Source: a virus
Lineage: Duplodnaviria; Caudoviricetes
Strand: one strand, 5' to 3'
IMG/VR virus record: IMGVR_UViG_3300048576_000591
Coordinates: 1-46,131 of that record
Length of the DNA stretch: 46,131 bases
This document shows, one piece after another, positions 1 to 8,842 of the stretch (position 1 is its first letter; each line of letters begins with the position of its first letter). The notes beneath the pieces are model-generated. The model searched no databases, was not told the DNA's origin, and saw nothing but the letters and a program-made list of their open reading frames with translations. The position numbers were made by a program, and so were the translations under genes.

Positions 1-285
1 TCAACTGCCGCCCCTACCCTCAATGACGCGGTCCAGCTTGCCATCGATGCTTTCAAGGCGAGCCATCAAGCGGCCTTCCATGTCTTTTGCATCGTTTCGG
101 GTAAGGTAGAGCAGCGCCATTGCCTCGCGGTGGGCGCCGAAATCCCGAATAAAATCGTCAAAGCGCTTATGGAGCTTTGCGTCGCCCTCGCTCGAATTTC
201 GGCTGACACGCCAGACGAACGTCAGGATGGCGATGATGATGGTGACGAAAAGGGCGGCCAGCGCGATCGCGGCTTCCGTCGACAT
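1..285 (-). CDS. Small single-TM membrane protein at the end of the lysis cassette
   Basis: ATG at 285 overlaps the upstream TGA; MSTEAAIALAALFVTIIIAILTFVW TM helix followed by a coiled-coil-like tail. Confidence 0.7.
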   Translation of the reverse strand: MSTEAAIALAALFVTIIIAILTFVWRVSRNSSEGDAKLHKRFDDFIRDFGAHREAMALLYLTRNDAKDMEGRLMARLESIDGKLDRVIEGRGGS

Positions 286-566
286 CACTTTGCGCCCCCA
301 TCTTTGCCGACGCACTCGTCCCAGAGTTTTCGGTAATAGCCGGCCGCCCGGCCCTCTGCCTTCCGAGAATCCACCAGGAGATCATAGAGCCCGTTCGCGT
401 CGGCATCCTTGGCCGGTACCGTCTCGATCACGATCGCCGACGGCAGAGCCTGCGACGGGTGGCAGTGGCCGTTGCCGCTGACGACAATTGTTTCCGGCGG
501 CTTGGTAGTGCATCCGGCCACGACAAAGATGGCCACGACCAGGCTGAATGTGAGCATGCGTTTCAC
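285..566 (-). CDS. o-spanin (Rz1-like lipoprotein)
   Basis: GTG start in a GTGA overlap with GGAGG RBS; signal peptide with lipobox VVAG-C; extra Cys residues; follows the i-spanin. Confidence 0.75.
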   Translation of the reverse strand: MKRMLTFSLVVAIFVVAGCTTKPPETIVVSGNGHCHPSQALPSAIVIETVPAKDADANGLYDLLVDSRKAEGRAAGYYRKLWDECVGKDGGAK

Positions 567-967
567 TGGCCACCTCCGATCAATTTCGGATCGTTGAGAC
601 CGTCCATGAGGGCCGCAGGGATGACCTGTGGTGGGCAGTTGGGCTTGGGCGGGTTGGCGCTCGCTGCGGCATGGGAACGGGCCTTGAGCTCCGCCGCTGC
701 ATCGCCGGCCGCGCGCGCGCGGCGCTCCAGCTCTTTGCCGTCCTCGACACCGCGCCGATAGTCCTTGTCGTCCTGCGCGGCCTGGGCAGCCGTGGCGTGC
801 GGGACTGCGGCGGCCGTTACCTTTGCCTGCGCCGTGACGCACATACTGGAGCCGCCTGCATAGCCGGCACCGTACACGGCGCCCATCACCATCAGCACGC
901 CCAGAACGAGCGCCACCCACTCGGTCATCGTGCCGCTTTTGAGGGCGGCGCCGATCAGTTTAAGCAT
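563..967 (-). CDS. i-spanin (Rz-like)
   Basis: N-terminal TM, Ala-rich periplasmic helix, C-terminal Cys/Pro; downstream of the holin. Confidence 0.7.
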   Translation of the reverse strand: MLKLIGAALKSGTMTEWVALVLGVLMVMGAVYGAGYAGGSSMCVTAQAKVTAAAVPHATAAQAAQDDKDYRRGVEDGKELERRARAAGDAAAELKARSHAAASANPPKPNCPPQVIPAALMDGLNDPKLIGGGQ

Positions 968-1244
968 CGGCGCCTCCGTTCGGCGGCGGCCGGCGGGAAA
1001 AGTCCTGCTTTGCCAGCACGCCAGCAATGACCCCGATCAGCGTGGCATAGGCCGCCACAGACGGAATCCAGTGAGGCAGAAACGCAATCGCCTTGTCGGG
1101 CATGACCTCCCAAGCCGTCAGCATCGCCGCACCGAGAGCTGCGATTTTGACCGAGTAAAACCGGTGCAGGTGGCGCCAATCATCCACGACCCGCGCCGCG
1201 ACGGCCGCCCTCGCCCGTTGCAGCCACGCCTTGAACTTGTCCAT
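960..1244 (-). CDS. Putative holin (2 TM)
   Basis: DWRHLHRFYSVK motif then two hydrophobic helices; lies between endolysin and spanins; an in-frame TTG at 1250 is an alternative start. Confidence 0.7.
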   Translation of the reverse strand: MDKFKAWLQRARAAVAARVVDDWRHLHRFYSVKIAALGAAMLTAWEVMPDKAIAFLPHWIPSVAAYATLIGVIAGVLAKQDFSRRPPPNGGADA

Positions 1245-1246
1245 GG

Positions 1247-1714
1247 TCAAAGTCCTTTCTCGCAGAGAGCGCGTTCAGCGGCGCGGCGACGAACGAGGCC
1301 CGGAAGGACCTTGCCGCCCGCTTTGGTGTAGAGGGAGATCGCAGCGCAGCCGCCCTTAAGATCGCCAGCGCGAAACCGCTTGGCGACCGTCGACGTGCAA
1401 TAGCGATTGACACCGATGTTGTAGGCGAGGCTCACCGCTGCTGCGAGCTGGTGTTCACGACCGCGGAGGCCTTCCGTGCACCGCAATACGCCCTCGCCGT
1501 GGGCGATGAGCTGTCGCTCCATCGATGCCAAGCATTCGGCATCGGTGTAGGCCTTGCCGACCACGACGTTGGACGTATCGCCCATGCACTTGGTGGCAAT
1601 CCCGACAGGGTCGAGATAGCCCACGTTTTGCTTGCCTTCGTGCTGCGGGATGATCGCGAGCAGCAGCGCGCATGCGCCAGCGCCGACGGCGCCGGCGAGC
1701 GTCTTCCGTTTCAT
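1247..1714 (-). CDS. GH24 lysozyme, SAR-type endolysin
   Basis: Gly/Ala-rich N-terminal SAR helix; E-x8-D-x5-T triad (HEGKQNVGYLDPVGIAT); YNIG and GLVRRRAAE motifs. Confidence 0.93.
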   Translation of the reverse strand: MKRKTLAGAVGAGACALLLAIIPQHEGKQNVGYLDPVGIATKCMGDTSNVVVGKAYTDAECLASMERQLIAHGEGVLRCTEGLRGREHQLAAAVSLAYNIGVNRYCTSTVAKRFRAGDLKGGCAAISLYTKAGGKVLPGLVRRRAAERALCEKGL

Positions 1715-1764
1715 GGTTCACCTATTGATGGGTTTGACGGACAGTGGTCCGCCACTGGCGATGG

Positions 1765-1944
1765 CTAAGCGGCGGGATCCGGCTTCTTCACAGCCTTCTC
1801 GCGCCGGGCCAATTCACGCGCGACCGCGTCGCGAACAAAGTCCGCGCGCTTTTCCTTTTCGGACAAAACGCGATCGATGCGCTCGATAGTTCCCAATGGA
1901 AACCGCGCCGGCATCTGCTCTTCGTTGATTCGTTTCCTGCCCAC
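1765..1944 (-). CDS. Ribbon-helix-helix (Arc/CopG-like) DNA-binding protein
   Basis: GRKR..QMPARFP..TIERID..RADFVRDAVAREL pattern; start uncertain (GTG 1944 or ATG 1956). Confidence 0.75.
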   Translation of the reverse strand: MGRKRINEEQMPARFPLGTIERIDRVLSEKEKRADFVRDAVARELARREKAVKKPDPAA

Positions 1945-1959
1945 GTGCGCGATCATTGT

Positions 1960-2054
1960 TGATATCACTTTTGGGGTCCAGTCTCAAAATAGATGATATC
2001 ACCTATTGAAAGCCGTACAGTAGATGATATCTACTATTCGTGGGCGGTGACATC
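1960..2054. promoter_or_regulatory. Divergent promoter region with repeated TGATATC operator-like sites
   Basis: TGATATCA at 1960-1967; ATAGATGATATCACCTAT at 1989-2006; TAGATGATATC at 2021-2031; degenerate GGTGACATC at 2046-2054. Confidence 0.65.
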
Positions 2055-2095
2055 CTCGCCAAGTTGACCTAGGGTGCAACCCAAGGGGAGTAATC

Positions 2096-2704
2096 ATGAA
2101 ATCGACAGTTCTAGTTGCGTGTGCCGCGATCGCGCTTTCGGCGGCTGTTCCGGCCTTTGCCGACGACGAAGCCAAGCTGTCCCTGAGTCCGTATTTCGGG
2201 GCCAACTACGACCTCACGTCGCTTCACTTCAAGAACGGCTATTCTTCCTATGCGGATAGCATCTCCGGAGCTTCGCCATTCGTCGGCGTCAATCTAGGCC
2301 GCTATTTTGCCCTGGAACTCTCCGTCGGCGTGGCGACGGGTGAACGCGCCGTTTCCGATACGCTCAGCTATCACTCGTCGATGCGCGGCGAGGCGATCAA
2401 ACTGATGGTCCACTACCCGCTTGGAAGCACGGGTTTCGCTCCATACCTCTTCACCGGCTTGTCGGTGATGAAGATGAAGGAAAGTTCCTTTTCCACATCT
2501 ATCGACCCGAAAACGCAAAAGCCTGTGACCACTTACAGCTCCCTGTCGGGCAAATCTGAAGCCGATCCGATCTTCGGCGGAGGGATCTCGTACGTCTATA
2601 GCGGACTCGAAATTCGCGCCGGTGCCAGCGTCCAGACGATCAACTGGAGCAACTCGGGCCAGTACGCGGTAACCTTCGGCGGCGGCCTAGCATTCCACCT
2701 TTGA
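2096..2704 (+). CDS. Outer-membrane beta-barrel protein (OmpA-TM/Ail-Lom-like), moron
   Basis: Sec signal ending AFA; PYFG, LELS and FAPYLFTG amphipathic strands; C-terminal GGGLAFHL beta-signal-like end; GGGAG RBS; opposite orientation to the late operon. Confidence 0.85.
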   Translation: MKSTVLVACAAIALSAAVPAFADDEAKLSLSPYFGANYDLTSLHFKNGYSSYADSISGASPFVGVNLGRYFALELSVGVATGERAVSDTLSYHSSMRGEAIKLMVHYPLGSTGFAPYLFTGLSVMKMKESSFSTSIDPKTQKPVTTYSSLSGKSEADPIFGGGISYVYSGLEIRAGASVQTINWSNSGQYAVTFGGGLAFHL

Positions 2705-2707
2705 CGA

Positions 2708-2834
2708 GAAGCAGCCGCCAGTGTCGTTCAGACCGTCGCCGTGGTTGATGGCAACGATACCCCCACAAAGGCGGCCGCTTCCAACGCGCTTGGCCTTGCC
2801 AAGACCTTCTACGACTTCGCCAAGGCGAACGTAG
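2708..2834 (+). other. Multi-hairpin structured intergenic segment (terminator or sRNA candidate)
   Basis: Long stem 2708-2781, hairpins 2789-2803 and 2809-2834, between convergent genes. Confidence 0.4.
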
Positions 2835-2846
2835 TTCCAACCGGTA

Positions 2847-3257
2847 TCAAGCCCCCGCCGGCGTAGCCTTTTCGGGTATCGCGTTCTCCGGCGCTTCCGG
2901 TGGACGCACGCAAATAAACCACCCATCGAGCAGCAGCAGAGATCCCGGAGAGATTGTGCCGTCGGCAAAAAGGCCTTCGAGCATGAACGGTCCGAAATTC
3001 AGCTCGACCTCGGTGTCCAGTACCTTCTGCTTATCGGCCTCGGGCGCATCCTGGAGCGCCTTCACGACCGCATCGCGGACTCGCTGGACGTCGCTAAGCG
3101 CCAGCAGGACTGGAACCGCCCTGGTGGCGTTGATCCGGGCCTGGGCGAAGTCCTGAAGCGCTCCCAGTGACTGGATGATCTTGGTACCTGTGACCATGTT
3201 CTTGGTCTTCGGCGGCAGCGTAAGGATCCGCTCTTTCTTCGGACTGTGTTTTCTCAT
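2847..3257 (-). CDS. Hypothetical protein (possible tail-fibre assembly or accessory protein)
   Basis: Closely spaced downstream of 3264-3722; position after the tail-tip gene. Confidence 0.6.
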   Translation of the reverse strand: MRKHSPKKERILTLPPKTKNMVTGTKIIQSLGALQDFAQARINATRAVPVLLALSDVQRVRDAVVKALQDAPEADKQKVLDTEVELNFGPFMLEGLFADGTISPGSLLLLDGWFICVRPPEAPENAIPEKATPAGA

Positions 3258-3263
3258 CCTCGT

Positions 3264-3722
3264 TTACTCCTGCCCTTCGGTTACGGGAGCCGCCGGCATC
3301 TTGAAGGTCGTGGTAGGAGAGACCTTCTTCATGATCCGGTCGGTCGCCTGCTGTTCCTGGTCGGCCTTGTTGAGCTTCTGGAACAGGCGCGCCTCGAGCC
3401 ACGCCTGCAGCTGTTCGCGCGACATTGTGCCTTCACTGACCATCCTGGCGATGTCGTCGAAATTCTCAGGGTCCGGAGCGTTGAACGGAGTGAAATGCGA
3501 GATCACGTCGACGATAGGCGTGCTGTTGGCATATACGGCCGGATCATTGGTCACGACCATCGGTGAGCCGTCGTCATTGAGGGCTTCGGTCTTCAGCGCC
3601 CAGTTGGTACCGGTGATGACGTTACTAAGGCCATCCCGCGCCGGCGCAATTTCTGGCCCCTGCTTCAAAGGATCGGTAATCGTCAACGTGTCGGGGACGA
3701 ACCAAGTGAACTTGAGCTTCAT
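3264..3722 (-). CDS. Hypothetical protein (possible tail-associated)
   Basis: ATG at 3722 with AGAGG RBS (MKLKFTWFVPD); the longer track ORF overlaps the tail-tip gene. Confidence 0.6.
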   Translation of the reverse strand: MKLKFTWFVPDTLTITDPLKQGPEIAPARDGLSNVITGTNWALKTEALNDDGSPMVVTNDPAVYANSTPIVDVISHFTPFNAPDPENFDDIARMVSEGTMSREQLQAWLEARLFQKLNKADQEQQATDRIMKKVSPTTTFKMPAAPVTEGQE

Positions 3723-3808
3723 GAGTTCCTCTCTTTGTTGGATGGCTGGAATGCCCATCTGGGCATATAGAGACGCCGCGCCGCCAAGCATGGCGCTTGG
3801 CGTATGTT

Positions 3809-6800
3809 TCACGCCGATGTCTGCTGGATTTCCATCGTTACGTTGTAGACGTGAAGTTTGTCGCCGGTCGTGTTGTGCAGCCACGGCTGGATTGCGTTGT
3901 ACGAGCCCACCGGGATGCGGCAGCGAATGATCATGGTCTGGTAGACCGCCGACGCATTCGAGCCCGTGTAGAGACGAACCTCCGTCTCTGGGAGGTAAAC
4001 CCACGACCCCGCCGGGGTCGTCGCCCTGAACCCGCCTCGGGCAGATACCTGCCCCGAGGTCTGAGGGTGGTAGGTGATCCGGCACTCCGCGGTGATCGTG
4101 GCCGACGCCGAATTGACCGGGAAGCCGAGGGTCTGGATGTTGGTTCGCCCCCACGCGACGCAGCCATTGGCTTCCATGTAGAACAGCTCGGAGAACGTGT
4201 CGTCCGGAGGCGTGACGTCGTATGCCTGAACCTGGCTATAGATCCAGAAGTTGTTCGACGACAGGCCGGGGAGCCGGGCGACTGCGATCGTGCCAGCCGT
4301 GATGCTCGCCGCGCTGAGGTTAGTCACCGTAATCAGGGCAGCGTTCAGCGTCCCGGTCGTGATCATGTCTGCGGTGATCGCGCCTGAAGCGATGTTCGCA
4401 GCTGTGATCGTATTTGCCGCGATCTGGTTGCCGGTGATGGTGTTCGCCACCATCCGGTCACCAGTGATCGTGCCGACCGCGATCTTAGCCGCTGTTACCG
4501 CGTTAGCGGCCAGTTCGTCGGTGCTGATGGCGCCCGAGGCGATCTGCGCCGCGGTGACGCTATCTACCGCTAGATTTGCTGCGGTGATTGTGGAGCCAGC
4601 GATTTTATCGCCTGTAATTGTTGACCCAAAAATCCTGTCCGCAGTGATGGTGCCAGCCGCGATCTGCGCCGCAGTGATCGTGTTGGCGGCGATTTGGGCG
4701 GCCGTAATCGTCGCACCTGCGATCTTGTCACCAGTGATCGTAGCCGCCGCGATTTTGAGCGCCGTGATTGATCCATCAACCAGAAGCTCAGCTGATGCGG
4801 CTTTGCGAAGGACGACATTGGTCAAATACCCTGATGCGCCTGCAGCCATCTGACCGTCGAAGTAGAAGGCAACGACACTGACACCAGCGGGAATTAAAAG
4901 TTGCGCCGTAAATGTTTTCCAGGCCTCAATCAATTGGGCGTTGTAGGATGCATACGCCTGTACTTGAGAGACAAAGTTTGTGTACCCCAAAAAGCCAACA
5001 TTGAAGTATCCGCCTACGGCTCCTGTGGCATCAAATCTGATGGTGTAGACCTCTCCAGGAGTAACGGAGAACTGTCCACCAAAGCCACCACCACCGCTCT
5101 GGCCCGCCGGGATCTCGATCGCACCTGGGCTGCCCAATGCAAATCCCCCAGAGACTATCGCGGCCCCCCCCCATACAGACCAACCATCTCCAGTGAACGA
5201 TCCGCTACTTCCGCGGAAAGATCCATTTGTAATGAGGTTTGTGGTGTCGGTAAGGGAGAGCTTCGACGCTGTAATAGCGCCGGCGGCGATCTCGTTTGCC
5301 GTGATGGCTCCAACCGCAATCTGTGCAGCCGTGATCGTATCAGCCGCGATGTTAGCCGCAGTGATCGTATTGGCTGCGATCTGGGATCCGATTATCGTTC
5401 CGGAAAGATCTGTGGTCTGGACCGACTTCACATAGGAGGATCCGTTCCAGCGATAAAGATCACCACCATAGACGATAGTGCTCGTAGACTTCGTGGATGG
5501 AATTGATCCTGTGACGATGGTGACCGGCTCGATTCCAGACGCGAACTTAGTCGTGACCAAGGTGGCGTCTGCAATTTGTGCACCCGTTATTGTCCCCGTA
5601 AGGTCGGATGTCGCTACATCCGCCCTATAGGATCCCGTCGTGGCGTTCCATGTGTACAGCTTGCCGCCATAGCTGATTGCGTTCGTCGACTTCGTCGTTG
5701 GAAGTGTACCACTCGCGATAGTGATCGGCTCAAGGCCGGATGCGAACTTCGCAACTGTCAAAGTCAAGTCCGCGATCTGCCCTCCGGCGATCGTCCCGGC
5801 GAGGTCCGTCGTGGCAACGCTCGCCACATAGGCGCCAGCCGTCGCATCCCACCGGTAGAGCTTACCCGTTCCTTTGAGGAAGATCGTGCTGGTGGCCTTG
5901 ACGCTCGGAACCGTCGATCCATCGACCAGCGTGACAGGCTCGATGCCGGCGGCGAACTTCGCCGTCGTCAGACTGGCGTCGGCAATCTGCTGGGCAACGA
6001 TCGATCCCGTCAGGTCGGACGTATCCACCGCCGCGGTGTAGGCGGTACCACTCCAGCGGTATAGCTTGGCCGTTCCGAGAAGAAAGATGGTGTTGGTAAT
6101 CTTCGTCGTAGGCAATACCGACCCGGAAACGATTTTGATCGCATCCATGCCGGCGATGAATTTTGCGATAGGGTCGATGGTGCCGTCGGCGATCTTGGGT
6201 CCGGTTACGGATCCGTTTGGGATTGCCCCCGAGCTAGTCGAAACGGTGCGCCAGTCCGAAAACTCAGAAGCGCGCCCCTCGATGCCCTGCACCTTCACGC
6301 GGTATGCGTATAGGGTCTGCCCGAGCAGGTTTCCGGCCTTGATCACACCGCTGGTCGGATCAGAGTCGTAGACGCACTGCGTGTCGCCTAGGACCATCCA
6401 GGAACAGCCCGCGGCTGCGGTCACCGTTGGATCGGTCAGCGTGACGGCAGTAGCGGAGGTGTAGGCGGCAACGGTTCCGGTGTACTCGCTGCCGGCCTGT
6501 CCAGCCCCCTCAATGACGATGAGCCGACCCACCATGTTCGGGTTGAACGCGGCCGCGGTGTTGTCGCTAAAGGCCGTCGTCACCAACGAAGCGCCATGCG
6601 TGCCCGAGGCCAAGACCTTGGCAATCTGCAGTTCAACCTGCTTCGCAGACGGATCATCCGTCACCGCATAGGTGACGGTAATGCCCGGAGCGGTCGAACC
6701 GTCTCCGCCCTGCTCTCCGATCGGAGCCACGACAATCCCAGTCATTTTTAAGGGATCGAGAGGATCGGCCGACGGAAGGGTGATGGTGTACTTGTCGAGC

Positions 6801-8422
6801 TCGTCCCGTACCGCGCTCCAGTCGCTTAGGTTGAACGGGACCTCCCTCAGCGCCATCGTCACGGTCAGGTTATGCAGATTGGGAACGGCCTTGATGATCT
6901 CGAACCACTTGGTCCCGTCCCAGTCTTTCGACGTGCCAGCGATCCATTGGCCTTTCCTGGCGTTCTGCGCCGCGAGGCGGAAGGTGCGCGTGCACGTCGC
7001 CTGAGCACGGTGACGCCGGCGCGTCGCCTCCATCACCCGCTGTGCCGTCGGCCCATGCTGGATCATGGAGAGGTCCATCGCGTCGGTGAGCGGAATCCCA
7101 CCATCTTCAGCGATGTCGGCGGCGCTCTCTCGAGGCGGAGCATCAAGCTGAACGAAACACTCGGCGACGGACAGGAATTTGCCCGTCACAATGTTCTTCA
7201 AATTGTCGATACCGAGCTTTTTATCGTAGAGATTAGATGCGCCCTGTGCCTTGTCAGCATCGGTGAAGCTGAAGATCGGCGTCTGAGATACGCCGGCGTA
7301 AGCCAAAAGCTCGCCGCGATCTTCGCAGATCCGACCCGCCATCGCCGTTTCGCAGATCTTCAGGTACTTGCGCGGCTCGTCGGTGAGATCGATCTCAAAG
7401 CTGCACGAATATCGAGGGCTCTGGGTGCCGTCTTTATCAGTGATCAGCTCGTCGCAGTCCTGGATTGCCGGAATCCAGAAGTCGAGCGGGAGATCATCGG
7501 CTTCGTAACCGGAGCCGTAGACCATCTCGCCTTTTGAGCTGAAGAACCCGCGCGCCACGTTGTAGGCGATAACCGCAGGATTGGTCGACACTTCGTAGGT
7601 CGCCAGCACCCCCCAGCGGTGCGGCCCAGATCCACCAACCGACGAGTCTTTCGCCGGGTTGTACATTAAGGCCCCGTCCAGGTAGTAGGCGAAGGTCGGA
7701 AAGCCGGTGAAGATGTCGGAATCGTAGAAGGTGAAAGCTCTGGCGTAGGCCAGGTTCACGCCTACAGCGGTCGCGTCCCATTTGTCGGCCGGCACATTGG
7801 AGACCATCCACTGATCAGCGGTTTGGCCGTCGTGCCCCAAGTGGAATTGGACGAAGAATTTCCAGCCTTTACCAACAAGAAAATCGTCCACCCGTTGCTT
7901 TGTGAACGGATTGACGGTCTCACTGATTTCGTAGCCCTTTTCGGCATCCGTGTACCTAAACGCCGCTGGGTATCCATTCACCAAAAGGCCGAAGAACGTG
8001 TCGTCGTTTCCGGCGACCTTGAACGACGCAATTCCACCGATCGGTACATCGGCAAGTGCGCTAAGGATCACGGCGTTGCAGTTGGCGTGACCCCAAGTAA
8101 TCGCATCACCCATGCTGCGACCAGCCGTATAGACCTTGCCGCATGGAATACGCCGCGTCTCGAGCGGGCTTTGGGCGGTTCTCCATTGAACGCCAGGGCT
8201 CGGCCGGGACTGCAGCGCACTCGCCGCCGCGCCCAGCAACGCCGCTTCGGCCACGGCCGTCGCGACATATGTGGCTCCATAGATCGCCTGTGCCGCCAGG
8301 AGCGAGGTCACCCCAAACGTGGTCGTTGCGGCCGCCGTCGCCGATGCAGCAACAGCAGCAGGCGCAGCAGCAGACACGGCCGCGCTGACCGACGCCGTGA
8401 TGGCGGAGATCGTCATTGGCAT
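3809..8422 (-). CDS. Tail tip / host-specificity protein (J-like) with FN3, repeat shaft and CBM-like domain
   Basis: 1537 aa; NPAVIAY and IQDCDE tip motifs; FN3-like YAYRVK...FSDW; tandem repeats; follows the L/K-like genes. Confidence 0.9.
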   Translation of the reverse strand: MPMTISAITASVSAAVSAAAPAAVAASATAAATTTFGVTSLLAAQAIYGATYVATAVAEAALLGAAASALQSRPSPGVQWRTAQSPLETRRIPCGKVYTAGRSMGDAITWGHANCNAVILSALADVPIGGIASFKVAGNDDTFFGLLVNGYPAAFRYTDAEKGYEISETVNPFTKQRVDDFLVGKGWKFFVQFHLGHDGQTADQWMVSNVPADKWDATAVGVNLAYARAFTFYDSDIFTGFPTFAYYLDGALMYNPAKDSSVGGSGPHRWGVLATYEVSTNPAVIAYNVARGFFSSKGEMVYGSGYEADDLPLDFWIPAIQDCDELITDKDGTQSPRYSCSFEIDLTDEPRKYLKICETAMAGRICEDRGELLAYAGVSQTPIFSFTDADKAQGASNLYDKKLGIDNLKNIVTGKFLSVAECFVQLDAPPRESAADIAEDGGIPLTDAMDLSMIQHGPTAQRVMEATRRRHRAQATCTRTFRLAAQNARKGQWIAGTSKDWDGTKWFEIIKAVPNLHNLTVTMALREVPFNLSDWSAVRDELDKYTITLPSADPLDPLKMTGIVVAPIGEQGGDGSTAPGITVTYAVTDDPSAKQVELQIAKVLASGTHGASLVTTAFSDNTAAAFNPNMVGRLIVIEGAGQAGSEYTGTVAAYTSATAVTLTDPTVTAAAGCSWMVLGDTQCVYDSDPTSGVIKAGNLLGQTLYAYRVKVQGIEGRASEFSDWRTVSTSSGAIPNGSVTGPKIADGTIDPIAKFIAGMDAIKIVSGSVLPTTKITNTIFLLGTAKLYRWSGTAYTAAVDTSDLTGSIVAQQIADASLTTAKFAAGIEPVTLVDGSTVPSVKATSTIFLKGTGKLYRWDATAGAYVASVATTDLAGTIAGGQIADLTLTVAKFASGLEPITIASGTLPTTKSTNAISYGGKLYTWNATTGSYRADVATSDLTGTITGAQIADATLVTTKFASGIEPVTIVTGSIPSTKSTSTIVYGGDLYRWNGSSYVKSVQTTDLSGTIIGSQIAANTITAANIAADTITAAQIAVGAITANEIAAGAITASKLSLTDTTNLITNGSFRGSSGSFTGDGWSVWGGAAIVSGGFALGSPGAIEIPAGQSGGGGFGGQFSVTPGEVYTIRFDATGAVGGYFNVGFLGYTNFVSQVQAYASYNAQLIEAWKTFTAQLLIPAGVSVVAFYFDGQMAAGASGYLTNVVLRKAASAELLVDGSITALKIAAATITGDKIAGATITAAQIAANTITAAQIAAGTITADRIFGSTITGDKIAGSTITAANLAVDSVTAAQIASGAISTDELAANAVTAAKIAVGTITGDRMVANTITGNQIAANTITAANIASGAITADMITTGTLNAALITVTNLSAASITAGTIAVARLPGLSSNNFWIYSQVQAYDVTPPDDTFSELFYMEANGCVAWGRTNIQTLGFPVNSASATITAECRITYHPQTSGQVSARGGFRATTPAGSWVYLPETEVRLYTGSNASAVYQTMIIRCRIPVGSYNAIQPWLHNTTGDKLHVYNVTMEIQQTSA
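4280..5380 (-). repeat. Decapeptide (IAA.TITA.Q/K) repeat tracts flanking a CBM-like domain
   Basis: Repeats at about 5240-5380 and 4280-4780 around a non-repetitive NLITNGSF..W domain at about 4800-5240. Confidence 0.85.
5380..6195 (-). repeat. Four ~65-70 aa tandem repeats in the tail-tip protein
   Basis: IAD..L..KFA.G.EP....GKLY.W....Y....DL.G.I...Q pattern repeated four times. Confidence 0.85.
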
Positions 8423-8423
8423 G

Positions 8424-8837
8424 TCAGGACACCCGGAAAGCCGCGGTCAATTCGGACCGCATGTGGAACATCAGGCCTCTGGCGCCAGGCGCGGCGCTAA
8501 TCGCGCCGAGACAGACGACGAGGATTTTCTTGCCTCTGCGCTCGACAATCCCGAGGTCCCCGGCCTGGACCTCGCCGGTTGCAATTCTTGGGAAGATCGT
8601 AGCAACAGCAGCTTCCATGTCGGCCGCGCCTCGAGCATCGAGCAACGCCATGGCGCCGGCCTCGTCCGAATAGGACCCAACCAATTCGGCGATCGGGTTA
8701 GCACCCGTGACGGCCTCAACGCAGCGACCAGCGAACTGGCCGCAATCGTTGACACCCCAGGAATATGGTTGTGTGCGCGCGAGCTCGACAGGGCCGTCCG
8801 GCCCCATCAAGCGCTGACGCCAATCCGTCAGTCGCAT
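8424..8837 (-). CDS. NlpC/P60-like tail tip protein (K-like)
   Basis: PYSWGVNDC catalytic-Cys motif; GDLG; located before J. Confidence 0.8.
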   Translation of the reverse strand: MRLTDWRQRLMGPDGPVELARTQPYSWGVNDCGQFAGRCVEAVTGANPIAELVGSYSDEAGAMALLDARGAADMEAAVATIFPRIATGEVQAGDLGIVERRGKKILVVCLGAISAAPGARGLMFHMRSELTAAFRVS

Positions 8838-8842
8838 GTCAG

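Noticed and set aside
960-1250. Lambda S-type dual-start holin/antiholin
   Set aside because: The upstream start is a TTG adding only Met-Thr, with no basic residue; insufficient support
3723-4154. N-terminal extension of ORF 3264-4154
   Set aside because: Overlaps the tail-tip gene; a good RBS supports the start at 3722
4280-4780. CRISPR-like periodic DNA (GTGATCG every ~30 bp)
   Set aside because: Periodicity comes from the coding decapeptide repeat; there are no unique spacers or cas genes
3809-6200. Diversity-generating retroelement or invertible cassette acting on the tail tip
   Set aside because: No reverse transcriptase, invertase or TR/VR pair differing at adenines; the repeats are degenerate protein-level repeats
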